From Lingula anatina (lineage: Eukaryota > Animalia > Brachiopoda), in NCBI GenBank assembly GCA_051362555.1, contig CM120640.1:17484001-17548000 (forward strand): a stretch of 64,000 bases of DNA, given 5' to 3'. The notes beneath the pieces were generated by a model. It searched no databases. It had not been told where the DNA came from and saw nothing but the letters and a program-made list of their open reading frames with translations. Shown here in pieces: positions 48,501 through 60,364 of the stretch. Position 1 is the stretch's first letter. Each line of letters begins with the position of its first letter. The position numbers and the translations under genes are program-made.

Positions 48501-50502
48501 AAAAAAAACCAGCTAGTGGAGACAGCAATTTTGACCCTTACTCTATGGCATTCATGAAAAGCACTATCCTTTGAATAACCTTATAAAGAAAATAATGTTT
48601 ATTCCTTTAAATAACACTGTCACCTGCAACCAAATTCAACAGGTGAAAAAGATCAACAAGCTAACACCATTAATAGTTTAATATGGGACATGAAGATGAT
48701 TTATAGATGTCATTGTAGTCTTATTATCAAGCAGTCCAGCACAAGATGACAGAATGAGTGGAAGTTGACACAGCTTTGATGTGTATCAAGTGTTGACACC
48801 TGGATTACGACTGCAGGGAGAGCTGATATTCAGCACACTGTCAATATTGTCCCTCCTACCTCCACTAGTGTCTCTGTCCTTTCACTTTTCTCACAGCGAG
48901 ACCTGGGTGTTAAAGGGACCTAAAGATAGGTAGGTAGGTTTGTGGGTAGAATGCTTGAGAAATATAGTCGGTTATCAAGATTTGTTTGTGTGTTTTGGTG
49001 GGTCACATCCTTATAGAACTGACCAAGCGGAGGCGTTTGCTGTCAAGATACAAATATGTGAGTTATAGAATGTGATAACAGATCTAGAATACACTAAATA
49101 AGCTTTTGTGCACTTGGTGAAATGCAGTTGTATGCCCTCATAATATTATACTGAGTTCATTTCTGGTTGAACATGCAATGTGTTGTACAGAAATAGGTTA
49201 TTAGTTCATTTTGTAGGATTAAATGAGGGCATGATTAGAGCTGTGTACACTAATAAGACTGCTCACAGTATACATTTAGACCTTTGAAAACACCAACTTT
49301 GGTAGGCTCACAGGTGGGGTGGGGGGTGTAAAGAATTTCCTTTTATGCCAGGAAAGGTCTACTCTGCATAAAAATTAGATCTAGGTTCTAAATTTTTTCT
49401 CAGATTGAGTCTTGCAACCAAACTGGCAAAAAGGTTCACTTTTTCGGAGACAGATATATCACACCCCCTTTTTGAAATTGCTTGCCACAAGCTTGTTGGA
49501 TTTTTTGCTTACATTAATACTTCTGATTTGTTTGCCTTGCTACTTTCAGCAGAGTAGTTGCATGGCCCACTACGTTTATTGGCATGTCAAATTACGATGT
49601 ACTTAAATTATAGGTAATATTCAAGACCTTTGTTAGCAGTGATTTCTCAAATTTTCAATTAAAATGAAAGAGCATTATTCTTTTGTGTCTCCTGTCTTTT
49701 GCTAACTTGATCATAATGTCACAGGATATGTAATATTATCATTATCTGTGACAGCTTATACTTAAATTAACCTGTCCTGAGTATCTGTATGTACCATATA
49801 CCTGTACTTTTAATCCTATATCTGTCTTTTAAACTTGAAATCTGAAATGACTGTAAGACTTGAAGCATATTTTCTTTTGTCATGTATAATAATTGGGTGA
49901 AACCCAACAAAGCTATAAATAACTCTAGGTGAATATACACACTTAATGCTTGAGTTACATTCACTGTATTAACTGGCTTCTTGCCTAAAGTGACTTCTAT
50001 TTTGCCTAATTTACCCTATATATTGTTAATGTTTTTTTTTTTTTAATTTAAAAAAAAAATTTATTTTTAGAAAATATCAGGGTAATAGAATACTTGCTTG
50101 GCCATGCATTATTAATGAATAATGTTTTGTTTATGTACTGTTCATGGTTCTTTTATAACGGTGAATGCGTGGGTGAATATGTATAGTGAGTACGACTATG
50201 CAGGCTGACACTGCTCTAGGTCCATACAGTTGCATGTGTGCACAGGTTTCTGATGGACAAATATTAGGTGGGTTGCATATATATCTTGTTTTCACTGGAA
50301 AATGAAAAAGAATTCTTGAACAGTTTACTATCTTTTTTCAGCGAGATGTGTATTTAGAGATCTGTCCATAATACTTAAGTATTTGTATTGTTTTAATGTT
50401 TACTTTGTGGTTACAGGAAGGGATTAGGTTTGGTTCAGTTGGAATGAGGTATTCTTAATGTGGCAGATATTGCAGGTTTATTGTTCAACACTATGAATCA
50501 TA

Positions 50503-50712
50503 GATCCCATTCCCAGAGATTAGATCAATCCAACTAGATCAACCTAACTCCCTGGGGGTTCACGCTACATAGCTGTCAGCCGAGCTGGCACAAAAGTTAA
50601 TTACTCCCTTACAGCTTGTAGTAGGCGGGACGGACATTTAAGCCGGAATATCAGTAATCTAGTGAGACTCCCCACGGGGATAGATCGATCTAAAATCTAT
50701 GGGAATGGGCCC
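50503..50712 (+). mobile_element. MITE family D, copy 3
   Basis: cccattcccagagattagatc ... gatcgatctaaaatctatgggaatggg. Confidence 0.88.
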
Positions 50713-51254
50713 ACAGTCTCCATTTAAGCCTCCAGTCCCTCCTCGAACCCAATCACTTAGATTGTCTCAGTTGTTATGGGGTGATATTAGCTGACTGAAA
50801 AATTTGTGGAAAAAAAAAAGGTTCTAATCATCCACAAGAGCAAAATGTTTCTGTAAGACAGAGTGAGTTAACCAATATTCTTTCAAGTTTTTCTTCACAC
50901 TGTAAAGTGACTGCATATGGTATATCCAGGCTCAGAAGGAAGAGGGCTGTACAAAAGAACATGCCTTTAATATATTGGAAAGTATCTATCCTCAGGTGTG
51001 AAAAGGTCCACTTAAAAAAAAAAAAAAAAGGAAGAAAAGAATAAGCAAATGAAAGTGCTGGCTACATGCCCGGTATGAGCTGGTGTTTTATCTCTACTCA
51101 GTGAATCAGTGAATGTCCTTTTTCCATGTACTTTGTGTAAAAAAATTCATTTATTTAGATTGGCGGGTTGGGAAGGGGATGAACCACATGCATTTCGGGT
51201 TCTTCTCTTTTGGTAATTTAATTGTTATAGCAAATGTTGCAGTACATTATATTG

Positions 51255-51427
51255 CTGGGGTAGCGCTAACACTCGCCAATTTAGCCAAATGCTAAAACTG
51301 ACTTAAATTGGCTCTAGAAAAAGGGCTTGATTTGACATGTTTTAGCCAAATTATAACCATTTTGGTAACAAATTGACAAAAATGTGGTGATTTGGCTAAG
51401 CGAAAAAAATTGCTAGCGCTATCCCAG
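51255..51427. mobile_element. 173-bp MITE with 5-bp TSD TATTG
   Basis: TIRs ctggggtagcgcta / tagcgctatcccag with internal ttagccaaat / atttggctaa repeats. TATTG at 51250-51254 and 51428-51432. Confidence 0.8.
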
Positions 51428-52837
51428 TATTGCATCTCCTGCATGTTTTTTTTTTATTTTCATAATTTCACAGTCTGTGCATTGAAAGTATCTGCACCAA
51501 GTACATGTACCTGAGGTTAGGAAGTGCATGGACACCAGTGGACAACAACAGCTGCCTAGATGCTTATTTGACATTGTCATCAGTGCCTTAGACCATTTTT
51601 AGTGCAATCACTACAGAAACTGGCTCATAAATATATACCATCTGCGTGTAAGTACTTGCAGAGAGCAAGTAGCCAGATTTTAGAAGCAGTAATCGGTTAT
51701 TATCTTGTCTCTCCACCAATATTCAGGCACCAATTATTGTGTGGTGAATGCACCATGCTGCTTGTTCTGGTTTACCTAATGGGCACCTAATGTCCTTCAT
51801 TAGACCAATTCTTCAGCACTAATGTAGCTGCATTTTACTGAAAATGCTGGCAGCAGCCTTCAGAGTTAGGTTCTGTTCAGCAAAGCTGTTTGCAACCACA
51901 TTAAGAGCGAGTTTTTTGCTCAGCATCTTGTGAAATTAATTAACTTCACTCATCTTTTCTTCAAGATATCACTGCCTCCCAAACATTACATAAATATTAA
52001 AAGATAAAATTCCAAAATGATAGCTTTGGTCAATAAAAAAGTGCTAATATAAGCGGACCACCTCCCCTGAAAAAAAAAAAAAGAAAAGGAAACATGTTCT
52101 CCAACGCCATTCTCCAGTGGGGACAGTGAGTGATAGATTCTTGGTAGCATTGATCATGACTACTGTGAAATGGAATCACTAATAGCTGGAATGCACTGAA
52201 ATTATCATCTTTATTATTTCCTGATACAGAAATACCATTGGAAGGCTTTGCAACTCCAATAACCACAGTAATATTGTCAGCCGTTTTACTGGAGAATGAT
52301 GCTTTGTGTAGTGAATTGAGTATTTTTTTCGGGGGAAGGTGTGTGATATTTTAACTACTAGTGGTGAGAGTATGACAAGATAATTGTTGTCTTCGATAAT
52401 TTTGTTTCTCATGAAAAGTTGCATGAGAAGAAGCAGAGTTATAGAAAAAACAGTTTCATAGATCTTATATTTTCAGTGGCAGTGCAGGACGTGTGCTTTT
52501 GGGCAGTGTTTTCACAGTGTTTAATGCTGTTCAAGCTTGATACAATAAATATTGTAAAGTTCGAGTAAAGGTTACTGTACATTTCCTGAAATGATTTCCT
52601 GAACATGTCCTTGTATGCATGAATGGTATACAGTATGCAGATATACTGCACAAAGTGGAAAAGTGTTCTCATCATGTACCTTGATGTTCATGTATAATTG
52701 AATGCCTAATTTTAGCTGTGTTCTGGTTCTGGTATCAGGAATGTACTAGTAGCATTATCGAGGGGATTAGTGACTTTTCAGTGAGTATGTTTTGTGGCTG
52801 TGCCTAGCATCTGCCAATACCATATTAGGTTGCAGAC

Positions 52838-53125
52838 TTTAATTAAAATGAAAACTGTTGAGATTAAGCCTGCAGAAATCTAGTTCTTAAAGATACTGAA
52901 AATGTCAACTTCACTTTGTATTGCAGGTGACCTCAGACACTTGTTTGGAATCAAATTGTATAACAGTCGGATACTTCAACTACAAATACATAGGTTTATA
53001 GCACCGATATGACATGTTCTTTAAAGTGAATATATAAACAATTAAACATTTTAAAGATTTCAGTATCTCTAAGAACTAGATTTTTTAAGGTTTTATGTCA
53101 GTCAGTATTTTTCATCTTTATTAAA
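52838..53125. repeat. Degenerate inverted repeat (old MITE-like)
   Basis: aaatctagttcttaaagatactgaaa (52876-52901) versus tttcagtatctctaagaactagattt (53058-53083), one mismatch in 26, with weaker flanking symmetry. Confidence 0.65.
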
Positions 53126-56100
53126 CACATGCATTTATCAGCACTGAATAGATGGGCCAAGTGATAGACAGCATGGTTTTATGGTGCAGTTGAGGTGATT
53201 GTTCCAAAGACCATTGTATAATAAAATGGTACTTGCTGTCTGTTGCTTAAATATTGAAGTCGGCAGCAAGAATTAAGTTGAATTAAGGATAAAAAAATGA
53301 ACCATTGACTGAAATGTCTACAGATTGGAGTCCTGTCACATTGTGAATCCCTCTGGTGAACAGACTGATTGCAATGTGGTTGTATGGACAACGCATATCA
53401 CTGTCCTATCCAATGAGAATAAGCTAGCTGTCCATGGCAGCCTGTGTATCTGCCCTTTACAACAGCAAACATAAGCTGAAAGGAACCCTGATCTTTATAC
53501 AGCAAAATGCATTTAGAAAAAAAAAGTCAAAAGCCAGCATATAATGAAGGATGTTGTCACATTTCCACTGAGTCACATTTCACTCAGGAAGAAGAAACAG
53601 CATTGTAAATTGTTAATTATTTTCCATATTGTTAGGAAAACTGTGGGATTTATGCCAAAACTCCTTGTTTGATGAGTGATAATTATATCATCTGTTACTT
53701 TGGTTTGTATATAGTTCAGAAGTGGGAATTGTCAAAATGTCTCTTGGGCTATTTCAAATGCACACCTTTAAATTCTTTTTCTTTTGTTGATTGATTAATA
53801 TATGATTCAAAAGTGAACTCAATCATTTTTTTCTCAGCCTATTTTAGATGCAAGTTATTTTTCCCACTTCAGTCTGTTGATTGGTAATTATGCCACTTGT
53901 TTTACCCGGAATAATCTGTCATGTATGATCCAATGAATATTTGAGTAATATATTGTTTCTTTCCTTGTTGAAAGTTTTGGGTCACCCACTGTTATCATGT
54001 TTTCCAGATCATTGCAGCTATAATGGATGCAGAGCTCACCACCATGCACATGCCGGGTTGACTTATGATTGGAATCCAGTTTTATATATATCTGAGTGTC
54101 AGCTGCTGTTCAAAGAAAATTAAAGTTGACCACATTGGACATAGTTGAAGGTAGAGTTCTTCTCCATGAATTCACTCCACTTGTTCCAAATTTCTCTGAA
54201 TGTGAAAGCTATATTAATTTTCTGTCAGTACAAATTTTTTTAGAATTGTACATTTTGCATTCAGAATAAAAAAAGCACATATATCCACAGAAGGATTTTA
54301 ATGGACCTTTCTGTTTTAAAATTTTATAAATAGATTAAAATAAAAAGAATATCATATGTTTATATGAATTTTAAGGCATTAATCTGGTTGACTGAACAAA
54401 TCCGTTTTGCTTGGATGTGCCATTTGTTGCTTACTGAACCACACTCTATTATTTTGTAATGGCTGCGATTATAATGAATAATTTGTTTCTAGGAGTGTTT
54501 CAGCGATCTTCAAAATGAATAATGCATGATTAATTTCCATATTTTTAGTCATTTAAAGTTTGTAGAATGTTAAGATTTGTACATCTTGTCCATTAGTGGT
54601 TGAATTCTTGTTGATGAGAGGAATTTGTTTTAACCCTGAATATTTTATTTTATGGAATTGTTTAAAAATAATTTTCATCTTTTGCTTGAATACTCAGAGG
54701 ATGATGACTACCAGAATTAATTTCTCTTTTGTGAAATTTTTACCTAGAAGACCCTAGGCCTTATAAACAAAATTGTTGTTTTTGATTTTGAGTCAGGCTT
54801 GTATGATTGCAAACAGAGAATTAACGACTTAAATTGCGATTTTATGGTGTGTTTGTAAAAGTCCTTGCTGGGAGTACTACAATATAGATTGCAAACTGCA
54901 AGACCCCTCATCTTCCTGTTCGGCACGCTCTATTTGTGCCGGAGATTGTCAAGACTGCATCGGGCCCAAATTAAAAAACAGTAGGAAAAGTAGCATATAC
55001 ACTGATGCTCATAAATTAAGCAACACTCCATGTTTTCAAAAGATTTTCTATCGTGATCATTATTGTACCACCAGCGTTAGCGCTGGCGGTACACATGGTT
55101 TCGGTCTCGTCCGGATCGTTCCGCCGGCTCCGCCGGCTCCGCCGGACGGCTACCGTTACCGCTTCTCCTCCTAGACGGTAAGGCCCCCCATACCCATCTC
55201 ATGGATTTAGGTCACCTATAATCTCAACTCGTTCCACGTAAAATTTGGGCTTTGTCGGTATTGGGGTCTGGGTGTGGCACTCATTGCAATGCACCCTTGT
55301 CCAAAAATGGCAAAATTAAATGCTAATTATCTACCCTACGGAAGGAGTTACGGGAAAAATTTCTACAGACGGCTTTCCAAAAGTCATATGTGTAGATTTC
55401 AAATATACCCTCTGATTTGACCTTTGACCTTTACTTCAAGGTCAAATGGGCCAAAATTTTAAAAAAAATGAAATTTTTTACGAAAAAAAAATTTTTTGCC
55501 CTGTTATTCAGACACCACACAGACTTAACCAATAATATTATTGGAAAGTGTTACCCTTCAGGTCATCTTTCATCTCCGTGAATTTGGGGTCAATCGGTGC
55601 ATTTTCACAGGAGTAGCGGCCATAAGATACCGAAACTGAAAACTGTCTCTAATTCGGGAACCGTTAATGCTAGAGACCCATTCTTTTTTGCATTTTGTAG
55701 AGCATGTAAAGCCCAACACTGGAGGTGGTCTCGGTTTTTTTGTATTCCATACGGTTTTCGAGTTACGCTGTATCAAAAAGTACATATTGGTGGTGAAAGG
55801 AAAATGTACGGAAGCCCACTGGTGCCATATGTAGAAAAAAAAATTATCTCGAAATTTCGAGATACTATTTTGAAATTTGAACAAAAAAATTTACCACCAG
55901 CGTTAGCGCTGGCGGTACACATGGTTTCGGTCCCGTCCGGTCCGTTCGCCGGCTCCGCCGCCATGTTACCGTTACCGCTTCTCCTCCTAGACGGTAAGGG
56001 CCCCCGTACCCATCTCATGGATTTAGGTCACCTATAATCTCAACTCGTTCCACGTAAAATTTGGGCTTTGTCGGTATTGGGGTCTGGGTGTGGCACTCAT

Positions 56101-56622
56101 TGCAATGCACCCTTGTCTAAAAATGGCAAAATTAAATGCTAATTATCTACCCTACGGAAGGAGTTACGGGAAAAATTTCTATAGACGGCTTTCCAAAAGT
56201 CATATGTGTAGATTTCAAATATACCCTCGGATTTGACCTTTGACCTTTACTTCAAGGTCAAATGGGTCAAAATTTTCAAAAAAATGAAATTTTTTACGAA
56301 AAAAAAATTTTTTGCCCTGTTATTCAGACGCCACACAGACTTAACCAATAATATTATTGGAAAGTGTTACCCTTCAGGTCATCTTTCATCTCCGTGAATT
56401 TGGGGTCGATCGGTGCATTTTCACAGGAGTAGCGGCCATAAGATACCGAAACTGAAAACTGTCTCTAATTCGGGAACCGTTAATGCTAGAGACCCATTCT
56501 TTTTTGCATTTTGTAGAGCATGTAAAGCCCAACACTGGAGGTGGTCTCAGTTTTTTTGTATTCCATACGGTTTTCGAGTTACGCTGTATCAGAAAGTACA
56601 TATTGGTGGGGAAAGGAAAATG

Positions 56623-56865
56623 TACGGAAGCCGACTGGTGCCATATGTAGAAAAAAAAATTATCTCGAAATTTCGAGATACTATTTTGAAATTTGAACAA
56701 AAAAAAAAATTATCTCGAAATTTCGAGATAGCATTTTGATATTTGAGCAAAAAAATTTATCTCGAAATTTCGAGATAGTATTTTGAAATTTGAACAAAAA
56801 AAATGCTATCTCGAAATTTCGAGATAATTTTTTTTTTCAACATATGGCACCAGTCGGCTTCCGTA
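56623..56865. mobile_element. 243-bp palindromic MITE, TAC..GTA termini, 6-bp TSD AAAATG (IS3EU-like)
   Basis: tacggaagccgactggtgccatatg / catatggcaccagtcggcttccgta. AAAATG at 56617-56622 and 56866-56871. The empty site gcaaaatgtgcag is seen at ~61092 and ~62446. Confidence 0.9.
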
Positions 56866-57112
56866 AAAATGTGCAGTACGGTAATGGATAATAAATTTTG
56901 AACTCCGGAAAAATAAAACATAATGCTTGGCAAAGCAGACAACTTGTGGTCAAAAATGACATTATTTTATCAAATTTAAACTTCTGCAACTTCAGAGAAC
57001 CTCCCATTTCAAGAACTTTGACCAAAATGACCTTTTCTTTATTTTAATTAATTTTTTCTGTAGGAAATTTATGGCACATTATGGTAACTCCAAAATTATA
57101 ACATTTAGTCAC

Positions 57113-57815
57113 TTATATCTCCAAAACTGGCAGAGATAGGTCCATAGTTACTATTGAAGTTGAATAGGAAGTCATATACTGGCAATCTTACTGTGACCTT
57201 GACATTGACCTTTGACCTACTTTTCACCTTGAACTGAACTTTGCAAAATTTGCTTCCCTTTTATCTCCAAAACTGGCAGAGATAGGTCCATAGTTACTAT
57301 TGAACTTGCATAGGAAGTCATATACTGGCAATTTTACTGTGACCTTGAAATTGACCTTTGACCTTCTTTTCACCATGAACTGAACTTTGCAAATTTTGCT
57401 TCCCTTTTATCTCCAAAACTGGCAGAGATAGGTCCATAGTTACTATTGAAGTTGAATAGGAAGTCATATACTGGCAATCTAAATGTGACCTTGAAATTGA
57501 CCTTTGACCTACTTTTCACCATGAACTGAACTTTGCAAATTTTGCTTCCCTTTTATCTCCAAAACTGGCAGAGATAGGTCCATAGTTACTATTGAAGTTG
57601 AATAGGAAGTCATATACTGGCAATCTTACTGTGACCTTGAAATTGACCTTTGACCTACTTTTCACCATGAACTGAACTTTGCAAATTTTGCTTCCCTTTT
57701 ATCTCCAAAACTGGCAGAGATAGGTCCATAGTTACTATTGAAGTTGGATAGGAAGTCATATACTGGCAATTTACTGTGACCTTGAAATTGACCTTTGACC
57801 TACCTTACAATGAAC
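57113..57815. repeat. 146-bp tandem satellite array, ~5 copies
   Basis: tatctccaaaactggcagagataggtccatag recurs every 146 bp. Confidence 0.95.
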
Positions 57816-58246
57816 TTAACTTTGATTGCACCATTTTTAGTTATATATATTTTTTGCATATTTTGAAAATTCTTGTTGATTGCATTTTTACAGCTTGTCA
57901 AGCACAAGACTGGTGGCTGCACCCCTTATTTTGTGTATGTGGGGGTCTATACGAATGCGCTTGCTCCAGCTGGTGGTACAATATTCGGAGGCGGTATCGC
58001 CTCTCTGATCCTCTAGTTTTGGTTGTTAGTGGGATTACTAACATTTTATTATACTGTGCTTTCAAAGTTTTAAACCTCTGTTTGAAGTACCTGAAAGCAT
58101 TTTCAACCACACCTTAATTGGGCATGGATAGCAATCAGTTTGGTGGATAACCTCTGCAGATAATATTATCAAAATTGATGTAGTTATTGACAAAAGTGTA
58201 AAATACAATCTGGTACCACAGATATTTGATAACATCAACACTGTAA

Positions 58247-58460
58247 GACCCCATTCCCAGAGATTAGATCGATCCAACTAGATCGACCTAACTCCCTGGG
58301 GGTTCACACTAAATAGCTGTCAGCTGAACTGGCACGAAAGTTAATTACCCCCTTACAGCTTGTAGTAGGCGGGACGGACATTTAAGCCGGATTATCTGAC
58401 AGTAATCTAGTAAGACTCCCCACGGGGATAGATCGATCTAAAATCTATGGGAATGCGCCC
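58247..58460 (+). mobile_element. MITE family D, copy 4 (TAA TSD)
   Basis: 214 bp, TAA at 58244-58246 and 58461-58463. Confidence 0.88.
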
Positions 58461-60364
58461 TAAGATTTGGGTGTTTTTAAACAACTGTAGGCTGCTGTGT
58501 TAGGTGCACCCATCTACAAAGTCAATCAGGGTTAACAGTCAGGAAGGTGTGATGCTCTGATGGCATGTTATCATGCATGTTTTTATTTATTTATTTGTGT
58601 TGTGCATTTTAAATGGCTATGACCTAAATTATACAATATAATTATAATAACTGAATATACAATATGAGAATAATAATGTTTATGAAATAATAAAAATAAT
58701 AATAGAAGTAGTAGTATACATGTACAAGTGACATGAATGTAACATTCAATTATACTTGATATGTTAGTATAACACAGTAGTTTTGTAGTTGTCCTGAAAA
58801 TACAATCTTCTTCTAGAGTATGTTTCTCCCAGTGTTTATTGCTCTAACTTACTAATTGTACATTAGAGAATGATATGTATCCTCTTAGTAATTGGCATCA
58901 AGTTACATTAGTGTCAATGCCAGATATGGAAATTGATAGGCACTGATTGATGGATGCGTCTTAAGTAAGCTTATTGGATTTGGTTCATATTAGGTAATGT
59001 GATTCCTTCACAAGCTTTATCAGCTTTGTTCTTCCTTTGCTTATAAAGGAGTGTATGTCTTCATTTTTGAGGACAGGTATAAGTTCTCAATGAATTATTG
59101 GCTTTTTTAGTGCAGAGTTCAATAGATACATTATCTTGAGAACTTGGAGCTTGAGTTAAGTGCCAGATACATCACCAGTGTCTAGAATGAGGAGCGCAGA
59201 ATTAATGAGATATTGTTGAAGGAGGTCTATACACCTGTACCATGCACAAAACTGTTGTCAATTAACATGAACTAATGATTAATAAGATTATATGTACTTT
59301 GTTTGTAGACTTTTAAAAATATCCCATATGTCTTTTTTTTTTTTTTTTTTTTTTAGAAAAAAAATTCTCATACTCACAAGTGCTTGTCCTATACATATGT
59401 GGACTTTTAATTGATGTTTTGTATATGTAACATATCTAACAAAAAAAAACTTCTAAAATAATCATGATTCATTTAGATCATTATCTTCCTGACAAAGGGT
59501 AACACTGACGTCACATAGTTTTATTTAGGAGTTTGATTGTTTTTTAGGGACTGAACTGAAAAAAGGTAAGTAACTTTACTGGACATTTAGAGATAAAAAC
59601 ATTATTTTGGGACATTTTAAACATACTATATTTTTAAGGATCTTCCTTATGCTGCAACAGCAGCATTTTTGGAATAAATTTATTATATTGGGGTTAAAGA
59701 TTTTCTTTAATACCAGAGCTGCAATCAAAACCATTCCTAAGCCATTTGTAGATGTTAGAGACATGTTGATAAGTTATTACAAAAAAAATTAAAATACAAT
59801 TGTTTTATGTGCTGGAGCTCCATGTTGAAGGACCGGGTATATTTGTATTTTTGTCTTATCTGTTGGTAAAAGGCTACAACCAGTATGGATGTATTATAGA
59901 AGTGTGAAAGCTTTTCATTTGATACAGTTGAGTGCATGGTTACCCAAGTTCTGTTTTGTACTGTAAGAATTGTTGCTAACTGGAGGAGTACCATCAGCTA
60001 TTTACATTGGGTACATGGGCACTCAGGCTTTTACTTTATATTTTTGTCTTGCATGCATCCTTATCTAGAATGCTATACCCTAGGTATGTCTTGAACAAAA
60101 GTTTTGGTCTGAATGGTTTTCTCCTGAGAGCATTGCAACATGTTAAGAATGAGTTTGTCCTAACTTAGTACATTAAAAGGTACGAGGAGCATCCTACTCA
60201 TGCCTGTTGTTCAACAAAATTAAAAAACTTATTGTATTTTTGGTAAATCTGTGGTGTATTTTTTGGTAAATATAAAAAGCAATCAAACTTTTTTATAAAT
60301 AAAATTTATATTTTGCAAAGTTTTAATGCACTTTCACTCTTCAACTTTAATGTTGCTTCAATTA

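Larger units (their letters stand above)
55061..58017 (+). mobile_element. Helentron/HINE-type element family C, copy 1, with duplicated head, nested MITE and 146-bp array
   Basis: 5' hairpin tgtaccaccagcgttagcgctggcggtaca, ccgccggct microsatellite, 3' subterminal repeat gctggtggtacaat, palindrome gaggcggtatcgcctc and CTAGT end. The head is repeated at 55892. Confidence 0.88.

Noticed and set aside
55570-56739. Repeated 100-146 aa ORFs in family C elements (also 60864-61254 and 62410-62607)
   Set aside because: They occur on both strands of a non-autonomous repeat and show no Rep/helicase or transposase motifs.
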